This document shows positions 12,666 through 26,732 of a stretch of DNA of 64,000 nt, in pieces (position 1 is the first letter of the stretch; each line of letters starts with the position of its first letter). The stretch is taken from assembly GCF_006345805.1 (NCBI RefSeq), contig NC_043012.1, positions 49,104,001 to 49,168,000 of the forward strand, read 5' to 3'. Both the position numbers and the translations under genes were made by a program. The stretch comes from Octopus sinensis. Taxonomy: Eukaryota. The notes under the pieces were generated by a model that saw only the letters and a program-made list of their open reading frames with translations, was not told the origin of the DNA and made no database searches.

Positions 12666-13893
12666 ATAGTTAAAGACTTTCTAATCATGGCCATCCCTAT
12701 GTCTGTTCCGAACATTGCATGTATTTTGAATTATCCCTAAGGTATTGAGCTGGTAGAATCGTTAGGAAGCCGGGGCAATGTTGTTAGCGGCATTTCATCC
12801 GACTTTACGTTCTGAGTTCAAATTCTGCTGAGGTCGACTTTGTCTTCCATCCTTTCCTGGTCGATAGAATAACTACCTGTTGAGCACTGGGGCCGAAGTT
12901 TTCGACTTACCCCACTACTTAAATTGCTAGCTTTTTGCCAAAACTTGAAAGCAATATTCAAGTACCCTTTCTTTTTCGAATCGTTATGTTATTATTTGAA
13001 ATACATTTGGTTACCGATTTCAGCTGAACACATAACCATTTAAAGGTCCATTTAAAGTGTTAGAGCGTATTTCGTTTTATTATGTCGAGGCGTCTGCTGC
13101 CCTTATCTTATAATGAGTTTATTAATCTACCGAAAGTGCAGCGGAATCTATTTTGAGAGATGGTATTTGTCATTGTTGTTAGTACTGGCTATTAATCGCT
13201 TTTGTTGTTGACTGTGTTTTTGTTCTTGTTTTTCTATCGTGCTTCTGAGATACATGCACTCTGTGGATTGGCTCTCCATCATCTTCAACGATGAGCATTC
13301 AGTTGTTAGACCAACTGGACTATTTGTTGAATTAACATGTAAACAAACATGTAAAGTATTTCAATCACCCTTTTGTCAGCGTACTTCTCAAACCGTTTCA
13401 GTTTGAGGTTATAAGTGATAAGGACGCCCCCTTTGAATTGTAGGTACAATTTATCTATCGGGCTTCTACACGAGTGCTGCTTACGCAGTTTCCCTCACAA
13501 AGCTTGGGCCAATTCGAGGCAATGGTAAAAACTGTTGTCCGAGATGTCATTCAGTAGAAGCGAACCGGGAACCTCATGGTCGCGTACTGAACTTTAACCG
13601 CGGCACAAATATTGAAGCTTCAGTCACTAACTCTCTATAACTACTAGATTTGCAATGTCGTTGTATCTTCTCTCTGTCATTTCCATCGATATTACAATAG
13701 CTTCTGTTTTTCTGAACTAAATTTCTGCAGACCCCTTCTACCAAGGCTTAATTAATGCAGCCATCTCTTCCTCGTCTTTCTACCCCATCTTCTCAGACCC
13801 ACTTTTTCTACCCAGAACTGCAAATCTCGTTCGCTGTTTTCTGTAAGTCATCACTCTACTTATGTTCAACTTGAACATTCGCAGTGATATTAT

Positions 13894-14333
13894 GTTAAGT
13901 TAAGTTAAGTTAATTTTTTGGCTCAAAAAGCAAAAAGCAAGGCCATGTAGGGGGACATGGAGTTATGTACAGGGAGGGTGTTCATGCAAAGAGTTCAGGC
14001 CATTTCTGGTCAAGAGAGTCTTTGAACAAAGCGGTCGTCGGCATCCTCACTATCTCGTCCGGCAGCTTATTCCACGGATCCGCAACCCGGACTGAGAAAG
14101 CCCCTGTCCTTCGATTGAGATGAAATCGTCGCAGATAGAGCTTTTCGGAGTGACCCCGCAGCCGACGCTCTGGAGCAGGAGTGAAGAACAGCTCTTTCGA
14201 GAGGTTACACTTTCTGCTTATGATGTTGTGAGCGAGAATGAGATCACCACGGCGTCGTCGTTTTTCTAGAGAATAAAGGTCGAGCGTCTTCAGCCTTTCT
14301 TCATAAGACAAATGCTTGAGACCAAGAACCATG
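13894..14333 (-). mobile_element. CR1/L2-group LINE 3' end
   Basis: LSYEERLKTLDLYSLEKRRRRGDLI..LRGHSEKL..FSVRVADPWNKLP; short 3' UTR and (TTAAC)n tail. Confidence 0.9.
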
Positions 14334-15402
14334 CGGAAGATGATGCATAGATGTGGTGGTGATAGAAAGCAACTTTAAATTTAGTTCTAAAAAAATGTTT
14401 TTGGTAATCAAAAGGAAAAAAAAAAGAACCAAAATAATTTTATATCAACAGTTGTTGTTATGTTAATGTTGTTTTTATGTTGATGTAGTTGATTACTCAT
14501 CGGTTATTCCTCAGTGAGACACCAAGGATAAAAATCTTTCTCGCCAAAATCACCATGTCAGTCTGTCGGGTGTCGTATATCTTTAGTTCTTTAATCACCA
14601 TCATAGAGAAGCCATGACTATGAACTACTTTTAAGAACTACATTATCCAATGTGACTTTTTTCTCTTCAAGACTTGACAGTGTAAATTAAGGTAAATTTG
14701 GCTGCCATTTCTTGTAGGTCTAGCAACTACATGAAAGACTCTATCGATAAAATATATTTAAGAGATTTTGAAGCATAGTCAATGCTAAGTCAAGTGGGTG
14801 TTACTTAACTACAGCTTTGGAGGCCCTTCTGCATCTTGTCTACCATTAACATTTCAGTGATAGTCACTTAGAGTATGAAGTACATTTGCGTGCTCCTGCT
14901 GAGTTTAGAATTATTTTAAATGGTGATCTAAATTCGGTACAGGCGGCCCTTACACAGACGGTACATAAATGTGGCAAAGCAATTATGTTATGTAATTGAA
15001 AATCACCATATCCCACGTCCCAACAAGATCAACGTAATTAAAGAACACTACAAATTTGTTTCTTTGATCAAGAGGAGCAGTCTTGTTTTATACCACTGCA
15101 GACGCTCTATGTGGATAACCTCTTGATGCCCGTTATTTTTTTGGTGTATGTGATTATGAGAAGTGCAAGAAGTTTTTAGAGAGGATCATTGCCAGAGGTC
15201 TTCCACCTCCCTAGAAGATATGGACCATATTTCTGATGATTGGCAAAGTACAGAAGCTCTAAATACTTATGGAAACCTCCTTTAGACATGTGACTAAATT
15301 GATAAAAGTTAAAAAATGTCCTGTTTGTAGCCAACAAGTGTTTTGAACTTTTATGATACACTATTACATATTCTGTGGAAGTGAGTTTTGCAGCAGCTGT
15401 AT

Positions 15403-15715
15403 GGTTAGTTAGTTAGTTAGTTAGTTAATTTGGCTCAAAAGCAAATAGCAAGGCCATGTAGGGGGACATGGAGTTAAGTACAGGGTGGTGTTCATGTAAA
15501 GAGTTCAGGCCACTTGAGGTCCAGGGAGGCTTTGAACAAAGCGGTCGTCGGCATCTTCATCATCTCGTCTGGCAGCTTGTTCCACGGATCCGCAACCCGG
15601 ACGGAGAAAGCTCCTCTCCTTCGATTGAGATGAAATCGTCGCAGGTAGAGCTTTTCGGAATGACCCCGCAGCCGACGCTCCGGAGCAGGAGTGAAGAACA
15701 GCTCTTTCGAGAGGG
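15403..15715 (-). mobile_element. CR1/L2-group LINE 3' end, second copy
   Basis: Close similarity to 13915-14205; (CTAA)n tail. Confidence 0.88.
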
Positions 15716-16236
15716 TTCAATAAACAGACAAGTTATTGTGACAATTAACGCAAAAGATTTAGAAAAGATGGAAATTGTTCGCATCATATCCGTTCCGAAA
15801 TATTTAAAATTAAAAGAGAATAAAATGGACAAAATAATAAGCTACTAGTGTGTAATTTATAAACAAAACAAAATAAAATGAAAATGAATTACAGTAAAAT
15901 AAAATAAACAAAATGGTCGCCTAAAGTTGAAGCTGTAGCTATTCATTTTGTACATATAACTCCACGCGTACAAGCGGTTGACATACTTCATAACAATCAA
16001 CGTTTTCTCTGTTACATCTGCACACGAGATTACCAACTATAACAAGAATATTACAATCATGGAATTTTGTCTAAATTTATACTTTAACTCTAAGCCTTTT
16101 TCCACACACTACCACAACATCTTGGATCTCGAGAGGCACAAAGTGTTAAATTAAATTCTCAACTTAACATTCAGCTGTGCTTCAGTTCCCTCATATCTTT
16201 TATTTAATAAGTTAACTTTTTTTTTCTTTTTTGCAG

Positions 16237-16261
16237 AAACGAAACAATGACCTTGTCAGTG
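16237..16261 (+). other. Candidate 25-nt microexon containing an ATG (MTLSV)
   Basis: Long polypyrimidine tract ending TTGCAG; exon AAACGAAACAATGACCTTGTCAGTG; donor GTAAGA. Confidence 0.4.
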
Positions 16262-16298
16262 GTAAGACAAACTATATTTCTCCGTATGTTGTCTAGAG

Positions 16299-16554
16299 CA
16301 CTGGTTCTCAACCGAGGTTCCTATGGCCCTTAGGGGCCCACATTAGATTTTGTTGTTAAAATTTATTTGCAATAAATTGGCTATACTTCTACAATACAGA
16401 AAATATTCTAGCAATTTTTTTAAATACAGTTCCTCACGATATTTTATTATAAAAATAAAATATAATTTTTAAAAAATCGAATGGCTATGAGTTTCCGTGC
16501 AAATAAAATAGGGATCAAAAGGGTTCATAGGCAAAAAATAGTTGAGAAACGCCG
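16299..16554. mobile_element. hAT (Charlie-like) MITE
   Basis: CACTGGTTCTCAAC ... GTTGAGAAACGCCG; TSD GTCTAGAG/GTCTAGAT. Confidence 0.8.
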
Positions 16555-17864
16555 GTCTAGATATTCCCTAAATGTTACATGGAGCATTCATTTACTGTCG
16601 TTGTCTAGAAGCGTGTTAAAAGCTGTCCGAGCATACTCCCAGGGAAAAACTACCAATATGTATTTCTGCTTCTGCTTCAACTCCTATTTTTCTTAGTGAT
16701 ACTAAAGATAAAAAATTAAGAATAAAATAAAATAAACAAAAACAAAAATAGTCTTCATAGAGACAGTGCAAATGTAATTTGTCAGGAAACTTTATTGCGT
16801 TGCTGAACAGTCTCTCTCGAACAGCAGCGTTAAAAGTACCACCATTTTGTACATATAGATTTTGATGCTTTAGCGTCAACAATTCCTTCCAGTATTTCCT
16901 TCGTTCCGCTCTTTGACTGCTTTCCTTCTTTCTGCTGTTTACCTGCCCGTCTTTCTTTCTTTCTTTCTTTCTTTTCTTTTTCTTAGTTTCTTTGTTTTTC
17001 TTTCTCACTCATTCTAATATCGCAAGTATGCGCGAGGACATTTGCCTGAGTTATACGATGGATGCATACATACATATATATCGGTAGTCATTTTTCACAC
17101 ACTGCACGTACACAAATGCACACGCATCCACCCTCACACGCACACACACACACGCACACACGCACACACACACACGCACACACACACGCACACACACACA
17201 TACACACACGCACACACACATACACACACACAAGCGCGCACACAATCAAGCATATTACACATTCAAGCACAACAATATACATATGCGTAGACCTACACAT
17301 ACACGCGCAGAGGAGAGACGACCTGCTCGGGCACATATATACACATACGACTGCAATTACTCACCACATCCGCAGGCACACAGACACAGACAAACACACA
17401 CACACACGCGCAAAATCACGCGCACGCTCATCCGCAGATGCAGATACAGACGCAAATTCTATCTGTCGACTCGATCAGAATATCTCATGATTGATGAGTT
17501 AATATAAACAAAGAATCTAATTCATCCTTTGTTCAAAACTGTGCCATTATTCTAGAAAGGAACCTTCACAAGGAGGCTTTACAGGCTAGAAATAACAACC
17601 AAACTCTCGTAAATCAACCTCCACTATTTGAAAATTGAGAGAAGCACAGGATGAAGCAGTTTTAGGTGCGCTGTTTTGTGGTAAAAAGACATGATGGTCA
17701 TGGCTGGAACAACTTTCATCATAAGCCTTATCAATAAAGGCTGCATCTGGAATCAACTGCAATCGTATTCTGCTATGCACGCACACACACACACACACAC
17801 ACACACGCAAATACACACAACCATGCCCTCCCCCACACCACACACACATATATGTATGTATATG

Positions 17865-17896
<32 letters not shown>

Positions 17897-17992
17897 ATTT
17901 ATATATATATATGTATGTATTTACATGTATACGCCCGTACTCACACTCATATATATATGTGGATGTATGTATGTATATATGTATATGTATGT

Positions 17993-18070
<78 letters not shown>

Positions 18071-18179
18071 TTGAATGTGTGTGTGTATGTGTGTGTAAGT
18101 ATACATACAGGCATACACACATATAACACATACACATGTTTGTACACTAATGTATGTCGTCTTCGGTTTATTTAATTTC

Positions 18180-18545
18180 TTCCTTCGAGAAAAGACCTGG
18201 CTTTAAACAAAAATACAAAACTCCATCGTTGGAAAGTAGATAAACAAATGATTGCCTCAAACCTCAGAAAAATCTTGCATATTTTTACTGTTCCACTTAC
18301 AGAATTTATTTGTAATGTGCGAGTTAGTTGAATGATTTGTTTTTCTGAAAATCCAAGCCTCTCAAGAATGTCAGTCATTTACTCACAAAACCAAGTGCAT
18401 CAATCGTTATTCGTATAAATGTAAACTTGTGATTTGGTTACAGAAGCTGGAGGTTTTGAATCAGCTTTCCATAGCTATCCTCTATCTCACTGATTTTCAA
18501 AGAGATATTCACATCAGCAGAGTAGCTGTCCCCTACGATAGTAAA
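18180..18545 (-). mobile_element. C-terminal remnant of a restriction-like-endonuclease non-LTR element
   Basis: NLQLL..YKFTFIRITIDALGFV..LERLGFS..QINSVSGTVKICKIFLRF resembles the C-terminus of RLE-bearing LINE ORFs. Confidence 0.5.
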
Positions 18546-18553
18546 TGCTTTTA

Positions 18554-18585
<32 letters not shown>

Positions 18586-18688
18586 GTAGGTCCCGGGTTG
18601 AGTCGGGGTTAACCACAGTAAATAAGGTACTCAATACATAGCAGAGTAAATTAATTTATTTATAGATTTATTTTATAGCTCCTTCTAT

Positions 18689-18727
<39 letters not shown>

Positions 18728-18814
18728 AATCCAAAAGGGAAACAAAAAAACAACAACAACAGGAACAATTACAGTATTATTATTAATAGGCGCTCAGGAG
18801 ATGGAAGCAGGGAG

Positions 18815-18847
18815 GTATGACGTTTCGAGCGGAGCTTCGTCGGAAAC
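18815..18847 (-). ncRNA. Degenerate minimal hammerhead
   Basis: Minus: GUUU-CCGACGA-AGCUCCGCUC-GAAA-CGUC-AUAC; short stem II, imperfect stem I. Confidence 0.4.
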
Positions 18848-19585
18848 ATAAAGAAGGAAGAGAGAGGAAAGAAAGATCCCGAGCGGGCAACAGGGAAAGA
18901 GAAAAAAGACGACTGGTGTTTACGAGTTGCACATGGTGAAAGGCGGATGTTGACGATAACAGAGCAAAGTGGGTTTTTAAAGGCAAAAGAGTGGAGACAA
19001 GGTGGTAACCCAACAGATGTGTGTGTATGTGTGAGTGTGTGCATGTGCGTGTGTGTATGTGTGTGTGTGAGGCGAGATGAAAAAACAAAAAAATATATGT
19101 GGTTATTAGTGTGTGCGTCTGTGTGTAGGCGTGTGAGGTAGGGCGAGACTAGTGGTCAGCTAGCAGACAAGAAAAAGAAGGAAGGAGGAAGGGAGGTCAG
19201 TAGTAAGAAAAAGAAGGAAGGAGGAAGGGAGGGAGGGAGGGAGGGGAAGGGGTGGGGGCGTATGTAGCGTGCCAGCGTGTGTTGAGTAGTAGTGTGTGTG
19301 TGTGTCCAGTGTCGTGGTGGTATTAATGAGTAGATAGAATGTGTGTAAGAGTGATGTATATATATAGGCAAGGTGTGTATATGTGTGCGCGTGTGTGTAA
19401 CGAAAAAGGGGGGGGTTAAGGAAAAAGGACTCCAGCTGAGGGGAAGATGGAAGAGTGGTACCGCGGAGACAGGCGTGGGAAAACCCAACGACACGCGACG
19501 GTCCCAGGAACGGGCGGGAGGTCTCGTCATATATATATATATATATTTTATAGAAGGAGCTATAAAATAAATTCTATAAAATAAA

Positions 19586-19616
<31 letters not shown>

Positions 19617-20619
19617 GCGAGATATAAATGTAGATAAATGTATTATCGACTCCAAAATTCAGGGACTGAAACTCAGAAAGTAAAGAAATATAAATACTAA
19701 TGCCACGTGACTATTGTCCAGCAGTCTCCCGATTGTATATCGTTAACCACAACATTTTCATTTCATTGTAATAGTTATCTTGCATTGTCTAGATTTAAGT
19801 AAGACCTTAAATAACGCACTCACAGTTCCTATTGCATGAAAAGCTAAGCATTTTCAGAATGTTAACTTTCTACCTCAAATACGCCGATAAAACTTCATTG
19901 CACCACAAAGAGTCTATGTAAAGCTCGTTGTAGGTAGGTATAATTTGTATTTGATTCCAGGTAGCTTTGATGTTAGATATTCATAACGTCAGAAATTAGA
20001 AGATAGCTTCGGTGGTAAAATTAGAAAATAGCCTCGGTTAAACTATGATGATAGTTACTACAGTTAAAAGGTTATATTTCTAATAAATAATGCGGCAAAA
20101 CGGTGAAGAAAATTAGAACTGGTAAACATATAGCATAAGGATTTTCTTTTTACCCTTTCTCTGTGCCCCTGTTTCAGAAGCCTATGATTTCCATGCCTGT
20201 AGATTTGATAAACCACTTTTCAGTAACAATTTAGAGACGTTCCTTTCCATTAGTTCTTGCAATACGCACACACACACATACACGATGAATATAAACAAAC
20301 TAGAAGCACTGAAATGTATATTGAGGGATAATTTATTTTTCTCCAGTCTCTGCTGTTCTATCAGCATTTATGAGTTTGAAAATAAATTATATATATATAT
20401 ATATAATGTTTGTATGTATGTATGTATGTATGTATCTATCTATCTATCTATTTGTCTGTTTGTCTGTATTATGGATTATATGTTTTGTACATATCCCAGT
20501 GACAAGGACTCAACATATGAAAATAGAGTTAATAATATATACTCATAATCCTGAGAACGCACCAAACAGAAATAAAAGAGGTTCCATTCTTGGGTTTTGT
20601 TCAAGCGATAGATGTCAGC

Positions 20620-21000
20620 ATGGAGGCGCAATGGCCCAGTGGTTAGGGCTGCGGACTCGCGGTCGTAGTATAGCGGTTTCGATTCCCAGACCGGGCGTTG
20701 TGAGTGTTTATTGAGCGAAAACACCTAAAGCTCCACGAGGCTCCGGCAGGGATGGTGGTGATCCCTCCTGTACTCTTTCACCACAACTTTCTCTCACTCT
20801 TACTTCCTGTTTCTGTTGTAGCTGTATTTCAAAGGGCCGGCCTTGTCACTCTCTGTGTCACGCCGAATATCCCCGAGAACTACGTTAAGGGTACACGTGT
20901 CTGTGGCGTGCTCAGCCACTTACACGATAATTTCACGAGCAGGCTGTTCCGTTGATCGGATCAACCGGAACCCTCGTCGTCGTAACCGACGGAGTGCTTC
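20620..21000 (+). mobile_element. tRNA-derived SINE family C
   Basis: TGGCCCAGTGG A-box, GGTTTCGATTCC B-box; 3' part shared with reverse copies at 4120-4428 and 58168-58443. Confidence 0.8.
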
Positions 21001-21594
21001 CATCCAGATGTCAGCATACATCTGTAAGAGCTGTTCAACCTGTCTATGCATTTGTAACTACTTGTAGCTTTGAACTAACAAGGTCTTTATAACTGCATTG
21101 TATCTGCATATACGTATATGTGTATGAATCTAACTATTTATGCGATATATATGTAATATTTATATATACATGGCGCACACATACTCACATATGCGCATGT
21201 AAATGTATGCAAATTATTTAGCGGAAATGTAGGATAGCTATGACTTAGACATTTCACCCGCAACAGTTCGTTAGTCACTCATGTACCACGTGCGCACACA
21301 CGCACAAATACGCACACCAGGCCATGCACATACACATACGCATGATGATATAGGTATATCTTACAAAATTTAATTCAATATCGAGTAATGTGAGGAATTT
21401 TTTTCTCTCGAAAGACAGATTCATTGGAACTGATATAATATAAGCCTGAGATTCGATAATCGTTCTCTTGGGTGGTTTTATATCTAGCCTCACTTAAGTG
21501 ACAGGCTTTACACCATCGGTTGCGGAGGGAATTTATTATTTTTTTACTCTGTCTATTGAATCAGAACATTTTTAGTAGATTTGGTAGTACTAAT

Positions 21595-22555
21595 CATACA
21601 TACAGTTCTATATTTAAGAGATGAGGAATTATGTACATTATTTACATTATTTGTCCTCAACGTTTCGGCTGATATACCCTCCAGCCTTCTTGGGTTCTCA
21701 ATCCTAAGGTATATTTCGATGTTTGGAATCGAATTCGGAATCTTGGGGTTAGTAGCCCGTGCTCTTAACCACTACGCCACGGGAATAGTGTCTCGTGGAT
21801 AAGAATGGAGTGAATTTTAGGGTTTATAAATCTAATATTTTCCTATCCTTCCTTAATACCGGTTCCCATATGCTGTTCATATCTGCACTCGGTCTGCTTA
21901 GGAGGTTGTTGTGTCCTAGCATATGTGCTGCTTCTTTTAGTTTTCGACTTTTTCCAGTGGTGTTCTCTGTCTATTATTTTAACTTTATCTCACGGGGGCA
22001 GGTGCATACATGATCAGCTATACCCGATTTATCAATGTCTCCTCGTGTCACAGCTTTGCGATGTTCCTCTACCCTTATTTTGAGGGGGAGGCTTGTTTCG
22101 CCTTTGTTTAACCTACCACTGCTGCATGGAATGGAGTACACGCAGTCTTTGATCAAATTCCCTTCTATTGGTGGTTTTACTCGGAGATATTTACGAAGTG
22201 TTGTATTACTCTTGAATACTGTCCTGATGTCATATGGGCCGCATATCTTTTGTATCTTTTCGGAGAGGCCTTTCATATAGGGTAGACAGACTGTAGACAG
22301 TTTATTGGCCTCATCCTCGCTCTTCTTTATAATTGGAGTGGATAGTATACTTTTGGGGTAGTTGTTGCGTAATAGATCGTTATTGAGCTTGGTCATTTCT
22401 TCGTGGTGTGTATCACGATCACTACTTATATTATTTGCTCGATGTTTTAGGCACTGAGCAATCCCTCTCTTTACACTGTATGGATGGTGGGAGTTGTAGT
22501 TGAGGTATCGTCCAGTAAAGGTCGGCTTGTGGTATACAGATGTCCTGAATCCATA
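21595..22555 (-). mobile_element. Penelope-like element 3' fragment (RT C-terminus, GIY-YIG endonuclease, pseudo-LTR)
   Basis: ORF 21974-22396: LPYMKGLSEKIQK..VFKSNTTL..CVYSIPCSSGRLNKGETSLPLKIRVEEHRK..SGIADH; partial hammerhead near 21658-21690. Confidence 0.88.
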
Positions 22556-22911
22556 AATCCTCAGCTATACCAGATCTATCAATATCTCCTCGTTTCATAG
22601 TTTTGCACTCTACAAGCTTAATATCGTAGTCCAAAGTCCATAATTTATATGAACATTTGCCGAACACATTGGTGAAAAGTGCCTATGATTACCGTAAAGA
22701 ATTTTCTTCAGCAAGAAATGGAATGAACATCATGAATATACTCGACTACGCAATATGGACAACCTCGAAAACGGATATGTTCATTGCTAAAACTACCACC
22801 GCTCCCACCGCCACCTTCGTGGTCGTGGTGGTGGTCATCATCATCATCATCATCCTTTAGTGGTTCTTCTAACCCCCAGTCATCAAGCAGTATCATCCTT
22901 ACTTACTTACT

Positions 22912-22970
<59 letters not shown>

Positions 22971-23942
22971 ACTACTACTACTACCACTGCTGCTGCTGGT
23001 GGTGCTTCTGCTGTTGGTGCTTCTGCTGTTGGAGCCATTGAAAGGCCATTTTCCAACAAGAATTTTCAGCAGAGTTCTTCTTAAAACGAACCCCACACAA
23101 TCTCATATATACATACAACCCCTCTACATGTAGAATTTTGCCCTATAAACATTGCTGCCACAACCACATAACAAACAACCCCCGCTTTTATGATTTGACT
23201 ATGTGACTCTTCTCATTAGAATCCCTCAGATATACGTGAATAAAACGGAAAACACTTTCGTAATCTAAGAAGATAAAAAATAAGCAAAAGCTCCTGAAAC
23301 AACATCCACCACCACCACCACCACCACTACCACCTCCACCACCACCACCACATATAATTACTTTTCGTTCAGTTCAGCAAATCACAGCCAACGATATTGC
23401 ACTAAATACACACGGTAAATTTATTTAGAAGCTTAAAAAACAAAATTTGTCCCCAAAGGCAACACCGAAAAAACATAATTTAAATAACACAACTGAAATA
23501 GCCAACCTAATAAAAATCCAGAGATAACCTCAAACACATCGCGCCAACACCGCACATAAAACTCAACATCAAACAAACAAAACAAGAAAATATCCAAGAA
23601 AATAAAACAAACATAACCAGAAAACAGGCAAATATTTGTATCCAATATAAACTATAAAGCAAGCAGTGAAATCACGATGCAAATTAACTAGCAACATTAA
23701 CAACTCGAATAACAAACACATCCAGGCTCGTGCAAAGCTGATTATTGGCACAGGCCAGATGTGAAATTCAGGCTCATACAGCCAGGCTTATACATCAACA
23801 AACTACTTGATATTACGTCCAACAACACCTGTTACGATGCCTATCACAATACATAAATCCTCGTGAACATTTGGAGATCGAAGCATCGTCAAAATGAAAC
23901 CTAGATAATTCTCCCTAAATATTTATTGATTCTGCGAACAGT

Positions 23943-24345
23943 AGGCGCAGGCTGAGTGGTAAGAAGCTTAATTCCCAACCATATGCTTCCGGGTTCGGTC
24001 CCACAGCGTGGCACCTTGGGCAAATGTCTTCTACTAAAGCCTCGGCCGACCAAACCCTTGTAAATGGGTTTGGTAGACGGAAACTGAAAGAAGCTCGTCG
24101 TATATATGCATGTGTGTGTGTGTGTATGTTTGTGTGCGTGTGTGTGTGTTTGTGTCTGTGTTTGGCCCCGTCACCGCTTGACAACCGGTATTGGTGTGTT
24201 TACGTCCCTGTAACTTAGCAGTTCGGCAAAGAGTGGCCTACAGAATAAAAATAAGCACCTGGGCCTATTTAGTCGACTAGAAATTCTTTAAGGCGGTACT
24301 CCAGCATGGCCGCTGTCTAATGACTGACACAAGTAAAAGGTACAA
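23943..24345 (+). mobile_element. SINE family B
   Basis: Full-length copy. Confidence 0.8.
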
Positions 24346-24968
24346 GATGGAAAAAATGATCCCGTCTCCTTCAACAGTACAATGAAACATCACATTGCAT
24401 ATCTGAAAAAAAAACAATTCTTACCTAATTCCGTTGAATATGAATATTATGCCACAAGAATTTTCAGCTTATCCCAACCACTGATTGTCGCTTTTGGCCA
24501 ACACACATTCTCAACACAGAAAAGATCGTATGTCAACTATTCTTCTCAAGGGCCAGGAAATAGTTAAATCCTCCCACAAATCAACCTTATACAAAGCTCA
24601 AGTACGCACGCTATGGAATATTACTCCCGAATCTGAGACGGTATTGCAGCTAAACACACAATTATTACAGACGTTAAAAAAAGCCACTTGATTAACTGGC
24701 ATAAAGTCACTTACAAACACATATCGTTATGAGGCTTACATCATCTGCTCTTTATCTTTATTTTTTAAAAACACTCACAATGACCACCGATCGTCTGTGA
24801 TGGAGCCTCGAGCCATCTCAACTCCAGCGTGACACAACCCTTTTTCTCATGTCACCTCCTCGAATCTTGCCCTAGTAACTATACTTAGTTTTTCCTGGCC
24901 ATAACATTGGCTCTCTGGACTTCCTTCATTGCACATGCTGTCAACTCGCAGTTTATAACAGTTTAAGT

Positions 24969-25288
24969 CAGTAATTCTCAACCATTTTTCATCCATGGGC
25001 CCCTTTGATTACCATTTTATTCCGGTGGACCCTCATAGCCGCTCTATGTTTAAAAACTAATTTTATAGCTACTTCTTTCAAAATTACTATTTTGTTTTTT
25101 CACATATTAACTTGCGTAGGTTGAACTATGTGAAACATTAGAGTAAGAAACCTAACCGTTTCTTGCAATAAATACAACTATAGCAACATTTTTTCATGGA
25201 CCATTAAAATTATATCGAGGGACCAATTTATGAATTTGCTTATATGAACCATAAAAATTCTTATATGGACCTCAATTAAGAACCACTG
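24969..25288. mobile_element. hAT-like MITE
   Basis: CAGTAATTCTCAA ... TTAAGAACCACTG; perfect 8-bp TSD GTTTAAGT. Confidence 0.8.
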
Positions 25289-26700
25289 GTTTAAGTGGAA
25301 CGTTAACTGCCTCAGTCTCACCAAATTTGGAGTTTTCCGAGTTCCACGAGCGCAACATCATTCTCAACCCCAAATCAATACAGATCCCACGTGGAATGCA
25401 ATCCCCGTTTCAAACTGCTCATTAAGGATTTTAGTAATAAGGACTAAATACAGATACTGTTAAGGTTCTCACCATATCTTTATGGATTTCTGATGGAGTG
25501 ATGCCTTTCAAATGAAGGTACTTTATGACAGCACGATACTCAGTTTTCTCCATTTTCCTTGTAACCTCGACACTTGTTTATTCAAAAATCTGCACCAAAA
25601 AAAAAAAAAAAATTAAAATATCAGAATCATGACAATGAGCAAGAATACTCCGAAAAGACTGTACTTACCAGAAAAAATTGCTTTAGCTACCTAGCAGCCC
25701 TGTTCCTAGGTTAGGCTCCAAACTTTTCATACACCCCTCGTAATTTATGAATGAGTTATATCAACTCAGTGGAGGCTGATTTAAATGGATACTGTACAAC
25801 ATTGTAGTCTTAAAGAGGGGACATACTTGATATTACGTCCAACAACACCTGTTACGATGTCTATCACAATACATAATTCCTCGTGAACATTTGGAAATCG
25901 AAGCATCGTCAAAATGAAACCTAGATACTTCTCCCTAAATATTTATTGATTCTGCGAACAGTAGGCGCAGGCTGAGTGGTAAGAAGCTTGCTTCCCAACC
26001 ATATGCTTCCGGATTCTGTCCCACAGCGTGGCACCTTGGGTAAGAGTCTTCTACTAAAGCCTCGGGCCGACCAAACCCTTGTAAATGGGTTTTGGTAGAC
26101 GGAAACTGAAAGAAGCTCGTCGTATATATGCATGTGTGTGTGTGTTTGTGTGCGTGTGTGTGTGTTTGTGTCTGTGTTTGGCCCCTTCACCGCTTGACAA
26201 CCGGTATTGGGTTTGGTAGACGGAAACTGAAAGAAGTTGTAGTCTTAAAGATGGTCCATACTAAGGAATCACCCCTGACGTCTGCCCCACAGTACATCCC
26301 CTCCATTATCTATATCATTATAGACTTGCTAGACATAGTAGTCAAATCTTCATAAAAGGAAGAATGTTACTGTTTGGAAGGTTGTTAATCATAGGACACG
26401 TAGAGTTTGATTTGGGCGTAAAGAAGAGCAGCAATAACATCAATTGCAAATTAGGCGAAAAAAGAAATGAAGTAACGTCTATGCAGTCGCTCTGTTAGCA
26501 AGAAATAGCAACCAAATTCTCTCCATTCACATTATTTTCCCTTTAAACAGGAAGGACAGGAAGGACAATGTGTTCAAGATACAGTAAGAAGACGAGATGG
26601 TCAAGGCTAGAATGTCTTTGATCATAGATTTGATAGTATAAGGAAGCTGACCTGGTGCTAAAGAAGAACAAGACACAACCTCATTATAACCACCACCACC

Positions 26701-26732
<32 letters not shown>

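Noticed and set aside
17042-18175. Many ORFs rich in HT, YI and CV repeats here and across the window
   Set aside because: Translations of (CA)n, (TA)n and (TG)n microsatellites.
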